Assembly (NCBI GenBank): GCA_965207065.1
Contig: OZ242260.1
Coordinates: 928,001-992,000 of the forward strand
From: a bacterium
GTDB lineage: Bacteria; UBA8248
Length of the DNA stretch: 64,000 bases
Reading direction: 5' to 3'
Position 1 is the stretch's first letter; every line of letters starts with the position of its first letter. The notes below the pieces were generated by a model, which worked only from the letters and a program-made list of their open reading frames with translations, did not search any database and was not told the DNA's origin. Position numbers and translations under genes: made by a program. Shown piece by piece: positions 38,359-49,353 of this stretch.

Positions 38359-39543
38359 TCACTCCTCCATCGCGCTCAGGACGGCGGATATGAATCCCAG
38401 AAAACGCGCCCCATCCAGAATCCTGGCGATAGAAAAGAAGCCCGCCTCGATGCCCACGTGGCGAAAACCGCCGAAGACGAAGGCGGATGCCGCATCGCCT
38501 GTTGTCTCCCGCGCTCGATTCGCCAGCAGGATGCTCTCGGACGCCGGAATGAAGGGGTCCTCACGCCCGTGCAGAAAAAATTTCTTGCCCCCGACCCCGG
38601 GAACGACGTCGCGCATCCCCCAACCCCGCAGGCGCTCGCGCTGTTCGGCTCCCTGCCGCGCAAAAAGCGCTTCGAATCGCTCGGGGGATTTGTTCTCCAT
38701 CAAGGCGACGACCGCGCGCGCACCCTCCGGCAGACCAAAGAGCAGATCGCTTACATCCGCCGCCTCGTCTTTCCGCTTTCTCGACACGACCGCGGCGACC
38801 CGGTCCCGGTGGGCGTCCAGACCCAGGAGTTCCGTGTTGTAGCGCAGGAAGAGCCACTTTCCGTGGCGGATGGGCAGCCCGCCGGGGAAGGCGGGCCGGT
38901 TCTGCCCGCCGCTCGTGGTGAGGTGCCTCAACACGTTCTTGAGATCGTAGTAAGCGCCCACGCCGATGAACGCTGCCATTTTCCCGCCCACCGCCGGCCT
39001 TGCCGCCGCGCGAAGGGCCGGACCGGCGGCGAAGGAAAAAGCAAGGATACTGCACCTGTCGAACGAATCCGCGCCGTCACGCGTCATCCAGGAGAATGCC
39101 CGCTCAATGCGCGCAACGTCCGCCTCCTCGGGGCGAAACCGCCTCATGCCGGGCAGATCGGGAACGAGCGCCGCGAACCCGAGCCTCGCGAGCGACCCCG
39201 CGAACGCCACCAGCCGATGATCCGCCTTGCCCATCGTGGCCATTCCGTGAACGAGGACGACGCACCCACGCGCGGGCGCACCGCCCCAGCCGAAGGAATC
39301 GCCCGGCGAATAGGAATCCGCCAAAACACCGTCGAGCGAAATCTCGGTTTTTAACGGCTTTTTCGTGAGAAACGAGAGCCAGCCACCGCTCCGCACGTCG
39401 ATAAGCCCCTGGGCCATCAGGAGGGAATCGACCGGGTGGCGGAAACCCGGAGAAAAACGCGATGCGACGAGCAAAAGTATCAGGAGAAACGAAGCGGCCA
39501 GCGCAAGGCGCCGAAGCGTGACGCGCCACCTGAAGACGTTCAG
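38359..39543 (-). CDS. Membrane-anchored alpha/beta hydrolase (start uncertain; CTG candidate)
   Basis: VLVHG, FSFAAG elbow, HGREDPFIP, FRH; N-terminal TM segment. Confidence 0.75.
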   Translation of the reverse strand: MNVFRWRVTLRRLALAASFLLILLLVASRFSPGFRHPVDSLLMAQGLIDVRSGGWLSFLTKKPLKTEISLDGVLADSYSPGDSFGWGGAPARGCVVLVHGMATMGKADHRLVAFAGSLARLGFAALVPDLPGMRRFRPEEADVARIERAFSWMTRDGADSFDRCSILAFSFAAGPALRAAARPAVGGKMAAFIGVGAYYDLKNVLRHLTTSGGQNRPAFPGGLPIRHGKWLFLRYNTELLGLDAHRDRVAAVVSRKRKDEAADVSDLLFGLPEGARAVVALMENKSPERFEALFARQGAEQRERLRGWGMRDVVPGVGGKKFFLHGREDPFIPASESILLANRARETTGDAASAFVFGGFRHVGIEAGFFSIARILDGARFLGFISAVLSAMEE

Positions 39544-42434
39544 CCCACCACCGCCTCTTCGAAATACTTCCTCAAGAACCCGCCCGTGTGCGAGCGGGAG
39601 CACTGCGCCACCTCCCCGGGCGTCCCCTCGGCGACGATGCGGCCGCCCCGCTCCCCGCCTTCGGGTCCAAGGTCGACCACCCACTCCGCGTTGCGGATGA
39701 CGTCCAGATTATGCTCGACGACGACCACCGTGTTCCCCAGCCCCACGAGACGCGTGAGCACGTTCAGCAACCGCTCCACGTCCTGAAAGTGAAGCCCCGT
39801 CGTCGGCTCGTCCAACAGGTACATGACGTCGCGGGGCGGCTTGGCGGCCAACTGGCCCGCTATCTTGAGACGCTGCGCCTCGCCGCCCGAGAGCGTGTTC
39901 ACGGGCTGGCCGATCCGGAGGTAGTTCAGGCCTACGTCCCTCAGGATGAGCAGCTTGTTCAACACCGAGGGCACGTGATCGAAAAAGAGGCTGGCCTCAT
40001 CCACCGTCAGGTTCAGCACGTCGTGGATGTTCTTCCCCTTGTACTGGATTTCCATGGCCTGGGGCTTGAAGCGTTTGCCCTCGCATTCGGGACAGCGGAT
40101 GAAGATGTCGGCCATGAAGTGCATCTCTATCTTCTGGATGCCGCTACCGGTGCAGGACTCGCACCGCCCCCCGGTGGTGTTGAAGGAAAAATGTCCGGGG
40201 CTGTAGCCCATGTTCCGCGCCAGCGGCGTTTCGGCGAACAGGCGGCGGATCGCGTCGTAGGCCTTGAGGTAGGTGATGGGGTTGCTGCGGGGGCTCTTGC
40301 CGATGGGGCTCTGGTCGAGCAGGACCACGGAATCAAGCTCCTCGAAACCCTCTATCCGCTCGAAGCGGCCGATGGCGCCCTTGCCGTCGTGGAGAATCCG
40401 CGCCAGGGCCGGGTAGAGCGTGTCGTGCACCAGCGTGCTCTTGCCCGAGCCGGACACGCCCGTTACCGCCACCAGACGGCCCAGGGGTACGTGGAGGTCC
40501 ACCTTTTTCAGATTGTTCGCCTGCGCACCCAGCAGGGAGAGGTAGGAACAGCTCCCGTTGTCTCCGCGCTTGATCTTCCTGGGGTTGATCTCGCGCTCGC
40601 CGCTCAGGAATTTGGCCGTCGCCGACCGCTCGCACAGGTCTAGCTCTTCCCGGGGTCCCGAGAAAACCACCTCGCCCCCGTGCTCTCCCGCGCCGGGACC
40701 CAAATCCACGACGTGGTCCGCCTCGTCGATGACGTCGCGGTCGTGCTCGACCACGAGCAGCGTGTTCCCCCGATCGACCAGGTCCTTCAGGATGCTCACG
40801 AGGCGGGCATTGTCCCTGGGATGTAGGCCGATGGTCGGCTCGTCCAGAATGTAGAGCGTGCCCGTGAGGTGCGCGCCCAACTGGTTCGCCAGGTTGATCC
40901 GCTGGTGTTCGCCCCCACTCAGGGTCCTGGTCTCCCTGTCCAGCGTCAGGTATTCGAGACCCACCTTGTGGAGGAAATCGAGGCGCTCGCGCACCTGCTT
41001 GAGCACGTCTCCTGCGCGCGCGCGCTGATCGGGCGTGAGCGGCGGCGCCTCGAAGTATTCCCGCAGCTCGCTGACCGGCATGGCGCAGACGTCGGCGATG
41101 GTGCGATCGCCCAGCTTGATCCAGAGCGCCTCGGGGCGCAGGCGCGTACCCCCGCAGGAGACGCATTTCTGAAGGCTCTGGTAGCGCCTGATCATCACGC
41201 GAACCCAGACCTTGTATTTCCTGCGCTTCAGCCTCTCGAAGAAACGGTACACGCCCAGAAACGACCCCGACCCCTCGAACACCATCTTCTTCTGATCCTC
41301 GGGCATCTCCTGCCAGGGGGTGTGGATGTCGAGGCCCTCGGACTTGACGGCATCCTGGAGCTGTTCGCCGAAATACCGGCGGTAGCGCGGCCGCGCCCAG
41401 GGCTCCACCGCCCCCTGCGCGAGCGTCTTCCTGGGTTCGGGGATGATGAGGGACTCATCGAAGCTGAGCGTGTTCCCGAACCCCCCGCACTCCTGACAGG
41501 CCCCGTTGGGATTGTTGAAGCTGAACGTGTGCGGGACGGGCTCTTCGAACGTATGGCCGCAGCACTCGAGCTTCTGGCTGAAGCGAAGCCTCGGCCCGTC
41601 CACGAGCTGCACTTCGGCGACGCCGCCGCCTTCGCGGAACGCCGTCTCCAGCGATTCGCCCAGGCGCGCGCGGTTTCTGGAAGAAATTTTGAGGCGATCC
41701 ACCACCACCCTGATCGCGCGATGGTTCCGCACGGCGGGCTTCTCTTCACGCGGTTCTTTCTTGCGAGGACGGCCGCGCCTCTTCGCTTCGGGCGGCGGCT
41801 CAGCTTCTTCTTTCAGCCTCTCGAAAAGCGGAGGGCCGACGTTCACGATTTCCTCATCCAACATCACGCGGACGTAGCCCTGCCCCATGAGGGATTCGAG
41901 TTCACCCCGCAAATCCTCCGGGTCGACCTCTCCCATCGGGAAGAGAACGAACCCTCTCGAACCCTCATGGGTGTTCAACAAAAGCGCCACCGTGCCGTCG
42001 ACCGTGGCGGGCGCGACCTCGCTCCCGCAATCGGGGCAATGAATCTTCCCCGCCTTGGCGAAGAGAAGCCGCAGGTAGTCGTAAATTTCAGACGCCGTGC
42101 CCACCGTGGAGCGCGAATGGTTCACCGGGTTGTACTGCTCGATGGCGATGGCGGGGCTGATGCCCTCGATGTAGTCCACGTCGGGCTTGTCCACGCGCTC
42201 CAGGAACTGCCGCGCGTAGGTGGAGAGGCTCTCCACGTAGCGGCGGTGGCCTTCCGCGTAGATGGTGTCGAACGCGAGGGAGGATTTGCCCGAACCGCTG
42301 GGGCCCGTGACGACGATGAAGCGCTCCCTCGGGAGCTTGAGGGAGATGTCTTTCAGATTGTGTTCCCGCGCGCCCTCGACCCGGATGTCTTCCATCAGGG
42401 ATACGGCGGGGGGTGCTTCGATTTGGGTGCTCAT
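39540..42434 (-). CDS. uvrA: Excinuclease ABC subunit UvrA
   Basis: Two ABC modules ([28 protein letters not shown]), zinc fingers. Confidence 0.97.
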   Translation of the reverse strand: MSTQIEAPPAVSLMEDIRVEGAREHNLKDISLKLPRERFIVVTGPSGSGKSSLAFDTIYAEGHRRYVESLSTYARQFLERVDKPDVDYIEGISPAIAIEQYNPVNHSRSTVGTASEIYDYLRLLFAKAGKIHCPDCGSEVAPATVDGTVALLLNTHEGSRGFVLFPMGEVDPEDLRGELESLMGQGYVRVMLDEEIVNVGPPLFERLKEEAEPPPEAKRRGRPRKKEPREEKPAVRNHRAIRVVVDRLKISSRNRARLGESLETAFREGGGVAEVQLVDGPRLRFSQKLECCGHTFEEPVPHTFSFNNPNGACQECGGFGNTLSFDESLIIPEPRKTLAQGAVEPWARPRYRRYFGEQLQDAVKSEGLDIHTPWQEMPEDQKKMVFEGSGSFLGVYRFFERLKRRKYKVWVRVMIRRYQSLQKCVSCGGTRLRPEALWIKLGDRTIADVCAMPVSELREYFEAPPLTPDQRARAGDVLKQVRERLDFLHKVGLEYLTLDRETRTLSGGEHQRINLANQLGAHLTGTLYILDEPTIGLHPRDNARLVSILKDLVDRGNTLLVVEHDRDVIDEADHVVDLGPGAGEHGGEVVFSGPREELDLCERSATAKFLSGEREINPRKIKRGDNGSCSYLSLLGAQANNLKKVDLHVPLGRLVAVTGVSGSGKSTLVHDTLYPALARILHDGKGAIGRFERIEGFEELDSVVLLDQSPIGKSPRSNPITYLKAYDAIRRLFAETPLARNMGYSPGHFSFNTTGGRCESCTGSGIQKIEMHFMADIFIRCPECEGKRFKPQAMEIQYKGKNIHDVLNLTVDEASLFFDHVPSVLNKLLILRDVGLNYLRIGQPVNTLSGGEAQRLKIAGQLAAKPPRDVMYLLDEPTTGLHFQDVERLLNVLTRLVGLGNTVVVVEHNLDVIRNAEWVVDLGPEGGERGGRIVAEGTPGEVAQCSRSHTGGFLRKYFEEAVVG

Positions 42435-42544
42435 TTCCTCGTGACTACTCTATGGGAGATACGGGCGACTGACGAACGATAACCCCTCAATATGATGCGC
42501 GGGGGAGGCAAGTGTCAATGGGGTGGGGGTGTGAGATTCACACC

Positions 42545-44581
42545 TCAAGCGGAATGCGTCGACTGGGGGCTCATCCTTTGGATGATCTCGCTCACCCTGG
42601 CCTTTAGCCAGTGTTCATCTATCGGCTCCGCTCCCGCGCGATTCGCCTCCACGGCCCTCATCGCCTCGAAGCGCACGTGCTGGCGGATGGCGGGGGGGAT
42701 GCCCTCCGTGGCCCGGTTGACCGCGAGCTGCAAATCATCCGGCCAGAGGCGCTCGAACGCCTCACGACCTGCCCCGAACGTAAACAGAGCCGGGGGCGAG
42801 CCGCCGTCATGCTCATCGGCAAGAAGCCGCCGACGGTCGACGGTCTCTTCCTCCAGGATTCGGCCGTCACGGATAATGACGCCATAGACCTCCACGGCGC
42901 TCTCCGGGGTGACCAGCTCGTCCTCGACGTCGCGCAGCACCAGCAAGGGGTCGCGCTCCCAGGGCGGGCCGAAGCCGCCGCCGCCCGCCGAGTGGGCGTG
43001 GACGACGCCGCCCGCCGGAACATCGAGCACGTTTATCTTTTCAATCTGCCGCGGTTCCTCGCCCGGGGCTTGCAGGAACGCCCGCCCGGTATCGCCCGGC
43101 AGGCCGGCTTCCCTTCCCCAGGGCTGGAAATAAAACCGCTCCATCCCCCGGGCCGTCACCACCCCGCCGGGCACGAGGAGCCTGAGAGAATAGTGCAGGC
43201 CGCACCCGCCGCGCATGCGTCCCGCACCCCCGGAATCGGGGATGAGGGCGTAGCGCTCGACCAGGACGGGCACCTCCGATTCCAGCACCTCGTTGGGGAT
43301 GTTCCGGTAGAAGCCCGTGGTGAAATCGACTCCTTCGGTGCCGTCGTCGAAGGGCCGCGCCCCCGATCCGCCCACAAGGGGCTGGACGGTGCTCACCAGG
43401 TTCGTTCCGGTGGAGAAATCCGGCGCTGACACCAGCATGATGGAACCCTGGCCGCAGCCCGCGGCGGGCATCCGCTCCCGCCAGGCATGCGCCAGGGCGC
43501 CGAGAACGATATCGGCCACCCGGAAGAACGTGGCCTGACGGGCTCCGCAGGGCGCTCCGGGCTCGGGATTGAGGAGAGACCCCCGCGGCGCGTTCACGTG
43601 TACGGCCCGGACAAGACCTGAATTGTAAACGAGGTCCGGTTTGATGCTCCGCATGAAGTTGACCACGCCCATGACCAGCAAGTAGTGGCCGTCGGTGCTG
43701 TAGGAGGGGATGTTGAACGCCGCCGCCACCTGCGGGTCCGTGCCCTCGAAATCGAGGAGCATCTCATCGCCCCGGATCCTGAGTGCGAGGCGGATCCGGA
43801 CGTGGCGGGCGTCAGGCATCAGATCGCCCTCGAGGTAGTCCCAGAACTCGTAGTCTCCGTCGGGAACGTCTCTAATCAGGGAGCGGGCCTGCGCATCGGC
43901 GTAATCCAGAACGTCGTCGAGCGCCGTCCGCAAGAGGTCTCCGCCGAACTTCCCGGCGAGGCCGGTCACGCGCAACTCCGCGCGCTTCAGCGCGCCGAGC
44001 ATGGCCAGTACGTCGCCCCGGTTCTTGTCCGGAACCCGGCCGTTTCTCAGGAAGATCCGCAAAATGTCTTCCCGCATTTCGTCGTCTGCGACGAGCCGGG
44101 TCACCGGAATGACCACGCCTTCCTGAAGCTGGTCGACGGCGGAAGGCGCGATGGACCCGGGCGCGAGTCCGCCCACGTCCGTGCAGTGGATGAAGGCGGC
44201 CGCGAAGCAGACGAGTTCGCCCTCGTGGTAGATGGGACGCCAGCAGAAGACGTCGAGCAGATGGGTGACCAAGCCCCTGCTCTGCTCGGGGTCGTTGGTG
44301 AACCAGACGTCGCCGGGCCGGTAAGGCCCACCGGCGTCGAACACGGCCTGAAAGTTCTGTCCGACCCCTATCCAGAGCCCGATATCCACGGAGCAGGCCG
44401 CCACCTCTCCTTTGGGCGTCACCAGGGCGACGATGAAATCCTGGGTTTCCTTGACGAAGACGGTATGCCCGCAGTGGGTCAGCAGCTCGCCCATCTCCTC
44501 GACGACCCCCTGAAACTGGCACCGGAGTATTTCAAAGAGGACGGGGTCGGACTCGGTTCCAGGCGTAAAAGTTTCGCTCAT
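42545..44581 (-). CDS. Hydantoinase B/oxoprolinase family subunit
   Basis: TNDP...H..D, H.TDVGG..PGS, EG, PDSGGAG..RGG, GGGGFG.P.ER. Confidence 0.92.
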   Translation of the reverse strand: MSETFTPGTESDPVLFEILRCQFQGVVEEMGELLTHCGHTVFVKETQDFIVALVTPKGEVAACSVDIGLWIGVGQNFQAVFDAGGPYRPGDVWFTNDPEQSRGLVTHLLDVFCWRPIYHEGELVCFAAAFIHCTDVGGLAPGSIAPSAVDQLQEGVVIPVTRLVADDEMREDILRIFLRNGRVPDKNRGDVLAMLGALKRAELRVTGLAGKFGGDLLRTALDDVLDYADAQARSLIRDVPDGDYEFWDYLEGDLMPDARHVRIRLALRIRGDEMLLDFEGTDPQVAAAFNIPSYSTDGHYLLVMGVVNFMRSIKPDLVYNSGLVRAVHVNAPRGSLLNPEPGAPCGARQATFFRVADIVLGALAHAWRERMPAAGCGQGSIMLVSAPDFSTGTNLVSTVQPLVGGSGARPFDDGTEGVDFTTGFYRNIPNEVLESEVPVLVERYALIPDSGGAGRMRGGCGLHYSLRLLVPGGVVTARGMERFYFQPWGREAGLPGDTGRAFLQAPGEEPRQIEKINVLDVPAGGVVHAHSAGGGGFGPPWERDPLLVLRDVEDELVTPESAVEVYGVIIRDGRILEEETVDRRRLLADEHDGGSPPALFTFGAGREAFERLWPDDLQLAVNRATEGIPPAIRQHVRFEAMRAVEANRAGAEPIDEHWLKARVSEIIQRMSPQSTHSA

Positions 44582-46614
44582 CCGGTCGCCTCCGCGTGAA
44601 GGTTGCCCGACTCATCGACGCTGAAGTCGAACTTGGGCGTGACGAAAACGGTCGTGTCGTACTGCAGGAGTACGGCAGGCCCCGAGAGCCTGAGACCGCT
44701 GGGGATTCGGGCTCTGCGGTAAACGGGAACGGCGAGGCGGCTCCCCTGATGCGTCATCTCGCGGGTCTCCACGGGTTCGGGCCGGCCCGACTCCCCGGAC
44801 ATTGAGGAAGAGGCAACGCCTACCATCCGGTTCGGCGCCCTGGCGAGCATCCGGATCTGGAGCACCTCGATCACGGATTCAGGGTCGCGGTAGCCGAAGG
44901 TCTCTTCGTATCTGCGCTGGAAGGCCTCCTGAGTGTCCCCGTTCCCGGTCAGCCCAACCATGATCTCGAACGATTGCCCCCTGTAGCGCATATCCGCGCT
45001 CCGCTCGAACTCCGCCGAGTCGGGTTCCAGACCCTGGTCGGTGAGCCAACGCCGCGCGGTTTCCTCCATCTCGGAGAACATCTCTTCCATCCCCGCCCCA
45101 TCCGACAACTCCTTGCGGACGCTGCGGACAAAATCCATCTGGACGTCCGACACGGCCGCTCCCACGGCGCACATCGCCCCCGGCGCCGGGGGGATGACGA
45201 GCTTCCGGATGCCCGCCTCGGCCGCCAGCAGGAAGGCATGCGTGGGCCCTGCGCCCCCGAAGGCCTGGAGGCTGAATTCGCGGTGGTCGACGCCGTAGCG
45301 CGCGATCATCGGCAGAAACGAGGCGACCATGTTCGCCGTTGCGACCCGCAGGACGGCTTCGGCCGCCTGGAGCGTCCCCACGCCCAGGGCTTCGCCCAGA
45401 CCGCCGATGGCTTCTTCGGCCCGGGCGCGGGAAAGCGTCATCCGGCCGCCCAGCAGGTCGTTCTCGCCCAGGATCCCCGTTACGAGATAGGCGTCCGTAA
45501 CGGTGGGCTCCCGGCCTCCGCGGCCATAGCACGCAGGTCCGGGATCGGCACCCGCCGAGCGAGGCCCCACCTTCAAGACCCCGTGTGGGTCGACCCAGGC
45601 GATCGAACCGCCTCCGGCGCCGATGGTCTCGATGGCGACGGCGGGAAGGAAGAGCGGGAAATCCCCGATCGTGCTCTCCACGCTGACGCGGGGCCGGCCG
45701 TCGATGAGGGACATGTCCGCGCTGGTTCCCCCCATATCCAGGGTGAAGAGCTTCGCCTCGCCGTATTCGCGCGCGGACTTGGCCGCCGCCATCACTCCAG
45801 AAGCAGGCCCCGAGAACATCGTGCGCACGGGTATCCGCGCCGCCTCATGGATGGAGACCGTCCCGCCGTTGGACTGGGTGATCAGGATCGGACAGCCGAC
45901 GCCCATCGCCCGCAGCCCATCTTCCAACTGCTGGTAGTAGTCGCGCATGGTGGCCCCGACGTAGGCGTTCATCACGCAAACGAGCGTCCGCTCGTATTCG
46001 CGCTGCTGGGGCCACGTCTCCCACGACGCGCAGACGAAGAGACCCGGCCAGCGCTCGGCGATGAGCGACTGGGCCGCTTGTTCATGGACCGGATTGATAT
46101 AGGAATGCAGAAAGCTGACGGCCACCGCCGAAACACCCGCGCCTAAGAGTTCCTCGACTCCCCGCACAACGGAATCTGTATCGAGCGGGCGCAGGACGGC
46201 CCCGTCCGCGCCGACGCGCTCGCTCACCTCCCGGACGTGGGCGCGGCGGACCAGCGGCACGGGTCTGGCCGCCTCGAAGCTGGGCGCATCGGGCAGCCGG
46301 GTCCGGCGAATCTCCAGGACGTCGCGGAATCCCTGCGTGATCAAAAGGCCTGTCGGAACCCCTGTACGCTGGATGATGGTGTTGACCGCAAGCGTCGAGC
46401 CCGCGCCGAAGTAGACGACGTCAGCCGAGTCCAGGCCTTCGCCAAGGAGTCCTTCCCGCACGCCTTCCAAGACGCCTGACACCGGCTCGCCGACCGACGT
46501 GGGAACCTTGTAGACGCCGACACGTCCCGTCGATTCCTCCACCAGGGCCACGTCCGTAAAGGTGCCCCCGACGTCCACGCCTATCCGCCAGCCGCTCAAT
46601 GGCGTCTCCCTCAT
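44578..46614 (-). CDS. Hydantoinase A/oxoprolinase family subunit
   Basis: DVGGTFTD, SGPASG, DMGGTS, GAGGGS, GADPGPACY. Confidence 0.93.
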   Translation of the reverse strand: MRETPLSGWRIGVDVGGTFTDVALVEESTGRVGVYKVPTSVGEPVSGVLEGVREGLLGEGLDSADVVYFGAGSTLAVNTIIQRTGVPTGLLITQGFRDVLEIRRTRLPDAPSFEAARPVPLVRRAHVREVSERVGADGAVLRPLDTDSVVRGVEELLGAGVSAVAVSFLHSYINPVHEQAAQSLIAERWPGLFVCASWETWPQQREYERTLVCVMNAYVGATMRDYYQQLEDGLRAMGVGCPILITQSNGGTVSIHEAARIPVRTMFSGPASGVMAAAKSAREYGEAKLFTLDMGGTSADMSLIDGRPRVSVESTIGDFPLFLPAVAIETIGAGGGSIAWVDPHGVLKVGPRSAGADPGPACYGRGGREPTVTDAYLVTGILGENDLLGGRMTLSRARAEEAIGGLGEALGVGTLQAAEAVLRVATANMVASFLPMIARYGVDHREFSLQAFGGAGPTHAFLLAAEAGIRKLVIPPAPGAMCAVGAAVSDVQMDFVRSVRKELSDGAGMEEMFSEMEETARRWLTDQGLEPDSAEFERSADMRYRGQSFEIMVGLTGNGDTQEAFQRRYEETFGYRDPESVIEVLQIRMLARAPNRMVGVASSSMSGESGRPEPVETREMTHQGSRLAVPVYRRARIPSGLRLSGPAVLLQYDTTVFVTPKFDFSVDESGNLHAEATG

Positions 46615-46825
46615 GTCGTTTCTTTATTCAGGATCCTGCGCGCGTCACCCGCCGAATCCCGCTGAATGATGCGGCAGTATATTCCATACGCGAGACGCGA
46701 GAAAGATGATGCGCTCTCGTTTCGGGGGGGATATCGGAACATTTTTCGAGCGATGAAATTGTGGATTGGTTCGGCGACCAATTTCGGAACCCAAGGGAGA
46801 GCGTTTGATACCGGTGTGAGGGTGA

Positions 46826-47308
46826 TCAATCTTGCGGCTGAGAAACAATCTGGTCGACATAGACGAATTTGAGCCACACATCGTTTAGATGCTCAAAATC
46901 CTTGTCCGTCGATAGTAGCGTGGCCTTGCTTTCATGAGCCGTCGCGGCAATCCAGAGATCATTCTGCTTCATCGGAACAGCCGGCTTCGGAGGAGGTGTC
47001 TGACCAGGAGAGGCTACCGATTTCCCGTGTGTCCAAGCGTCGATAAGCGCATAAGCGCGCAAAATAGATGGTTTATTGATATCGATCGTTGGAAACCCGC
47101 TTAGTACTTTATCGAGTTGGTCTCGCTTACCATCTCCCCAACCAAATTTTTCCGCAAGCGCAAGAAGTTCACCCTGGCAGACGATAGAGGTAAAAACCAT
47201 CGTTTCTTTATTTCCGAGATCGAATTCCGTGCGAATCCGTAGAGCCCAAGGCGCCTCGCGAACAAACCCGAGGAGCACCCCGGTATCGAGCATAAACCGA
47301 TTTGCCAT
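46826..47308 (-). CDS. PIN-domain (VapC-like) ribonuclease
   Basis: LDTG, GEL, NDLWIAATA, TDKDF: all four acidic residues present. Confidence 0.9.
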   Translation of the reverse strand: MANRFMLDTGVLLGFVREAPWALRIRTEFDLGNKETMVFTSIVCQGELLALAEKFGWGDGKRDQLDKVLSGFPTIDINKPSILRAYALIDAWTHGKSVASPGQTPPPKPAVPMKQNDLWIAATAHESKATLLSTDKDFEHLNDVWLKFVYVDQIVSQPQD

Positions 47309-47316
47309 GTAATCAA

Positions 47317-48258
47317 TCAGTCAAGTTGAGCAAGCAATTCATCGATAGGCTCATCGCCAGGCCATGCCCCTGCAAGTTCCATTGGGTCTGCGGAACGAAG
47401 ACGCATGCCTTGAGCCACAGCCAAGCCTTGCACCTCCGCTTTCCCCACCGACGGCATTTCCTTGAAAACATCGTCGCCTTCTACACAAACACTCATTCGG
47501 TAGGCTTCAATTAATCTTGGTTGTCCATTTGCTTTGAAATGAACCATCCCCTCAACCGTGGATGGCTTACCCCATAACGGCCGCAATACTTCTGCATCAA
47601 GAGAATCGGGGCGTAGTCTCCCAAGCAGTTGCGAATCCGAGTCAATCAAAAGTCGAAAACGGCCGCCACCGTGTTTTATTTCATCAAGCCTGCCACTTAC
47701 GATGAAAGCCTTAGGGGCCGGTATCTTCTTCATACGCTCATTAACTTGTGCACAAACCCTCTCATCCAGTGTAAATTGCCCGTGTGCCGATCCTTCCGAG
47801 GTCAACTCGTAGCGAATGCCAGAGGTCCGGGCGGCCTTGCGGAATTTGAGAATCGCATCAAGAACACCACTGTCGAAACGGTCTCCAGCAGAGTTGGCGT
47901 CTCCGGCTTCCTGAATCGCATATGCAGCAAGATCGAGCGCAGTATCATCAAGACTCGGCTGATCATGCCAAAACTCTTGCTGGGCAAATTCTTCATAGGC
48001 CGTTTCAGCAAGCAGAGGCGCCTCGATACCAAGAACCGTAGAACCAGCCTCCAATCCGGTTATCGTGAAATCAAGGCTTGCATCAAGCCATTTGGGTTTC
48101 GGCCCTTTGGCGCTCCCCTCACCGGTGGCCTGTAAACGAGTGGCCCGTTCTGACGTTTTTGTAAGAGCGTCCAAAACACGCTGAAGAACTGCACTCTTGA
48201 TTTGCCCTTCGTTTTCTCGGAGACCACTGATTCGCAATTTATAGCGCTTCGTTTTCAT
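47317..48258 (-). CDS. Hypothetical ~313-aa protein, putative partner/antitoxin of the PIN toxin
   Basis: GGAGGA RBS before ATG 48258; ends 8 bp before the PIN gene; acidic C-terminal tail LAGAWPGDEPIDELLAQLD. Confidence 0.75.
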   Translation of the reverse strand: MKTKRYKLRISGLRENEGQIKSAVLQRVLDALTKTSERATRLQATGEGSAKGPKPKWLDASLDFTITGLEAGSTVLGIEAPLLAETAYEEFAQQEFWHDQPSLDDTALDLAAYAIQEAGDANSAGDRFDSGVLDAILKFRKAARTSGIRYELTSEGSAHGQFTLDERVCAQVNERMKKIPAPKAFIVSGRLDEIKHGGGRFRLLIDSDSQLLGRLRPDSLDAEVLRPLWGKPSTVEGMVHFKANGQPRLIEAYRMSVCVEGDDVFKEMPSVGKAEVQGLAVAQGMRLRSADPMELAGAWPGDEPIDELLAQLD

Positions 48259-48480
48259 TGCAAATCCTCCCCTCTTGAACCCCGGTCGACGTAACTTCAC
48301 CGATCACAACGCGGGCTGATAAACCATCTAACCAATTATTACCATTCCTCATCATATCATTAAAATGTCGAACTCCCTTCATGCAAGGCAAGGAATGACT
48401 CGGTGGTCGTACCGCAACTCTAGTGCTAACCATTCAAGTTATGGCTTCAAGTCACAAAACAACTGCAACGTGCACCCACC

Positions 48481-49266
48481 TCAAATCGCCTTGAGCCTGC
48501 CCCCGTCGACGGCGAATACGCCGCCGGAGATGTAGCTCGCCTCGGGCGAGGCGAGAAACGCCACCATCGCGCCGAACTCCTCGGGCTCGCCCAGGCGGCC
48601 GAGCGGCACCTCGCGCTCCACGCGGGCGACCGATTCCGCGAAGGTTATTCCCAGTTGCTTCGCCAGGGATGCGCGGCCCTGCCTCGCGCGCTCGGTGTTG
48701 ATGACGCCGGGGATGACCACGTTTACGAGAATGTCCTCCTCGCCGAGTGCGCGAGAGAGGGATTTCGCCAGGCCGGCCACGGCGGGCCGCATGACGTTCG
48801 AGAGCAGGAGATCGTCGATGGGTTCGCGCACCGAACTCGACAGGATGAAGAGGATTCTACCGCCGCCGCGCCCCCTCATGTGCGGGAGCGTCTCGCGGAC
48901 GAGGCGCACCGCGCTCATGACGTTCAGCTCGAAGGCGTCGAACCAGGCGTCGTCCTCGAAATCCTCGAACACGCCCCGGGGCGGGCCGCCCGCGTTCGAG
49001 ACCAGGACGTCCACGCCGCCGAAATGCGCCGCCGCCCCGTGAACGAACTTACGCACGCCCTCCGCCGTGCTCACGTCCGCCGCGCAATACCAGGTTTCCA
49101 CGCCGGCTTGTTCCGCGATGTCCGAAGCGGCGGCGGCGCATGCGGCCTCATCGCGCGCGCAGATGGCGACGTTCGCGCCGCGCATCGCCATCTTGAGCGC
49201 CGAGGCGCGGCCCAGGCCCTTGCTGCCCGCCGCCACCAGGGCGATTTTTCCTTCCATGTCACGCAT
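48481..49266 (-). CDS. Atypical SDR oxidoreductase
   Basis: AAGSKGLG, NAGGP, SNVMR in place of YxxxK. Confidence 0.88.
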   Translation of the reverse strand: MRDMEGKIALVAAGSKGLGRASALKMAMRGANVAICARDEAACAAAASDIAEQAGVETWYCAADVSTAEGVRKFVHGAAAHFGGVDVLVSNAGGPPRGVFEDFEDDAWFDAFELNVMSAVRLVRETLPHMRGRGGGRILFILSSSVREPIDDLLLSNVMRPAVAGLAKSLSRALGEEDILVNVVIPGVINTERARQGRASLAKQLGITFAESVARVEREVPLGRLGEPEEFGAMVAFLASPEASYISGGVFAVDGGRLKAI

Positions 49267-49353
49267 GTGGTGTCTCCTCGGTCGCGCCCCTCGTCATGAG
49301 CGGACATCTAATAACATTCAATAGCAGGCGGAAGAAAGGGAAGCCGGGCGCGC

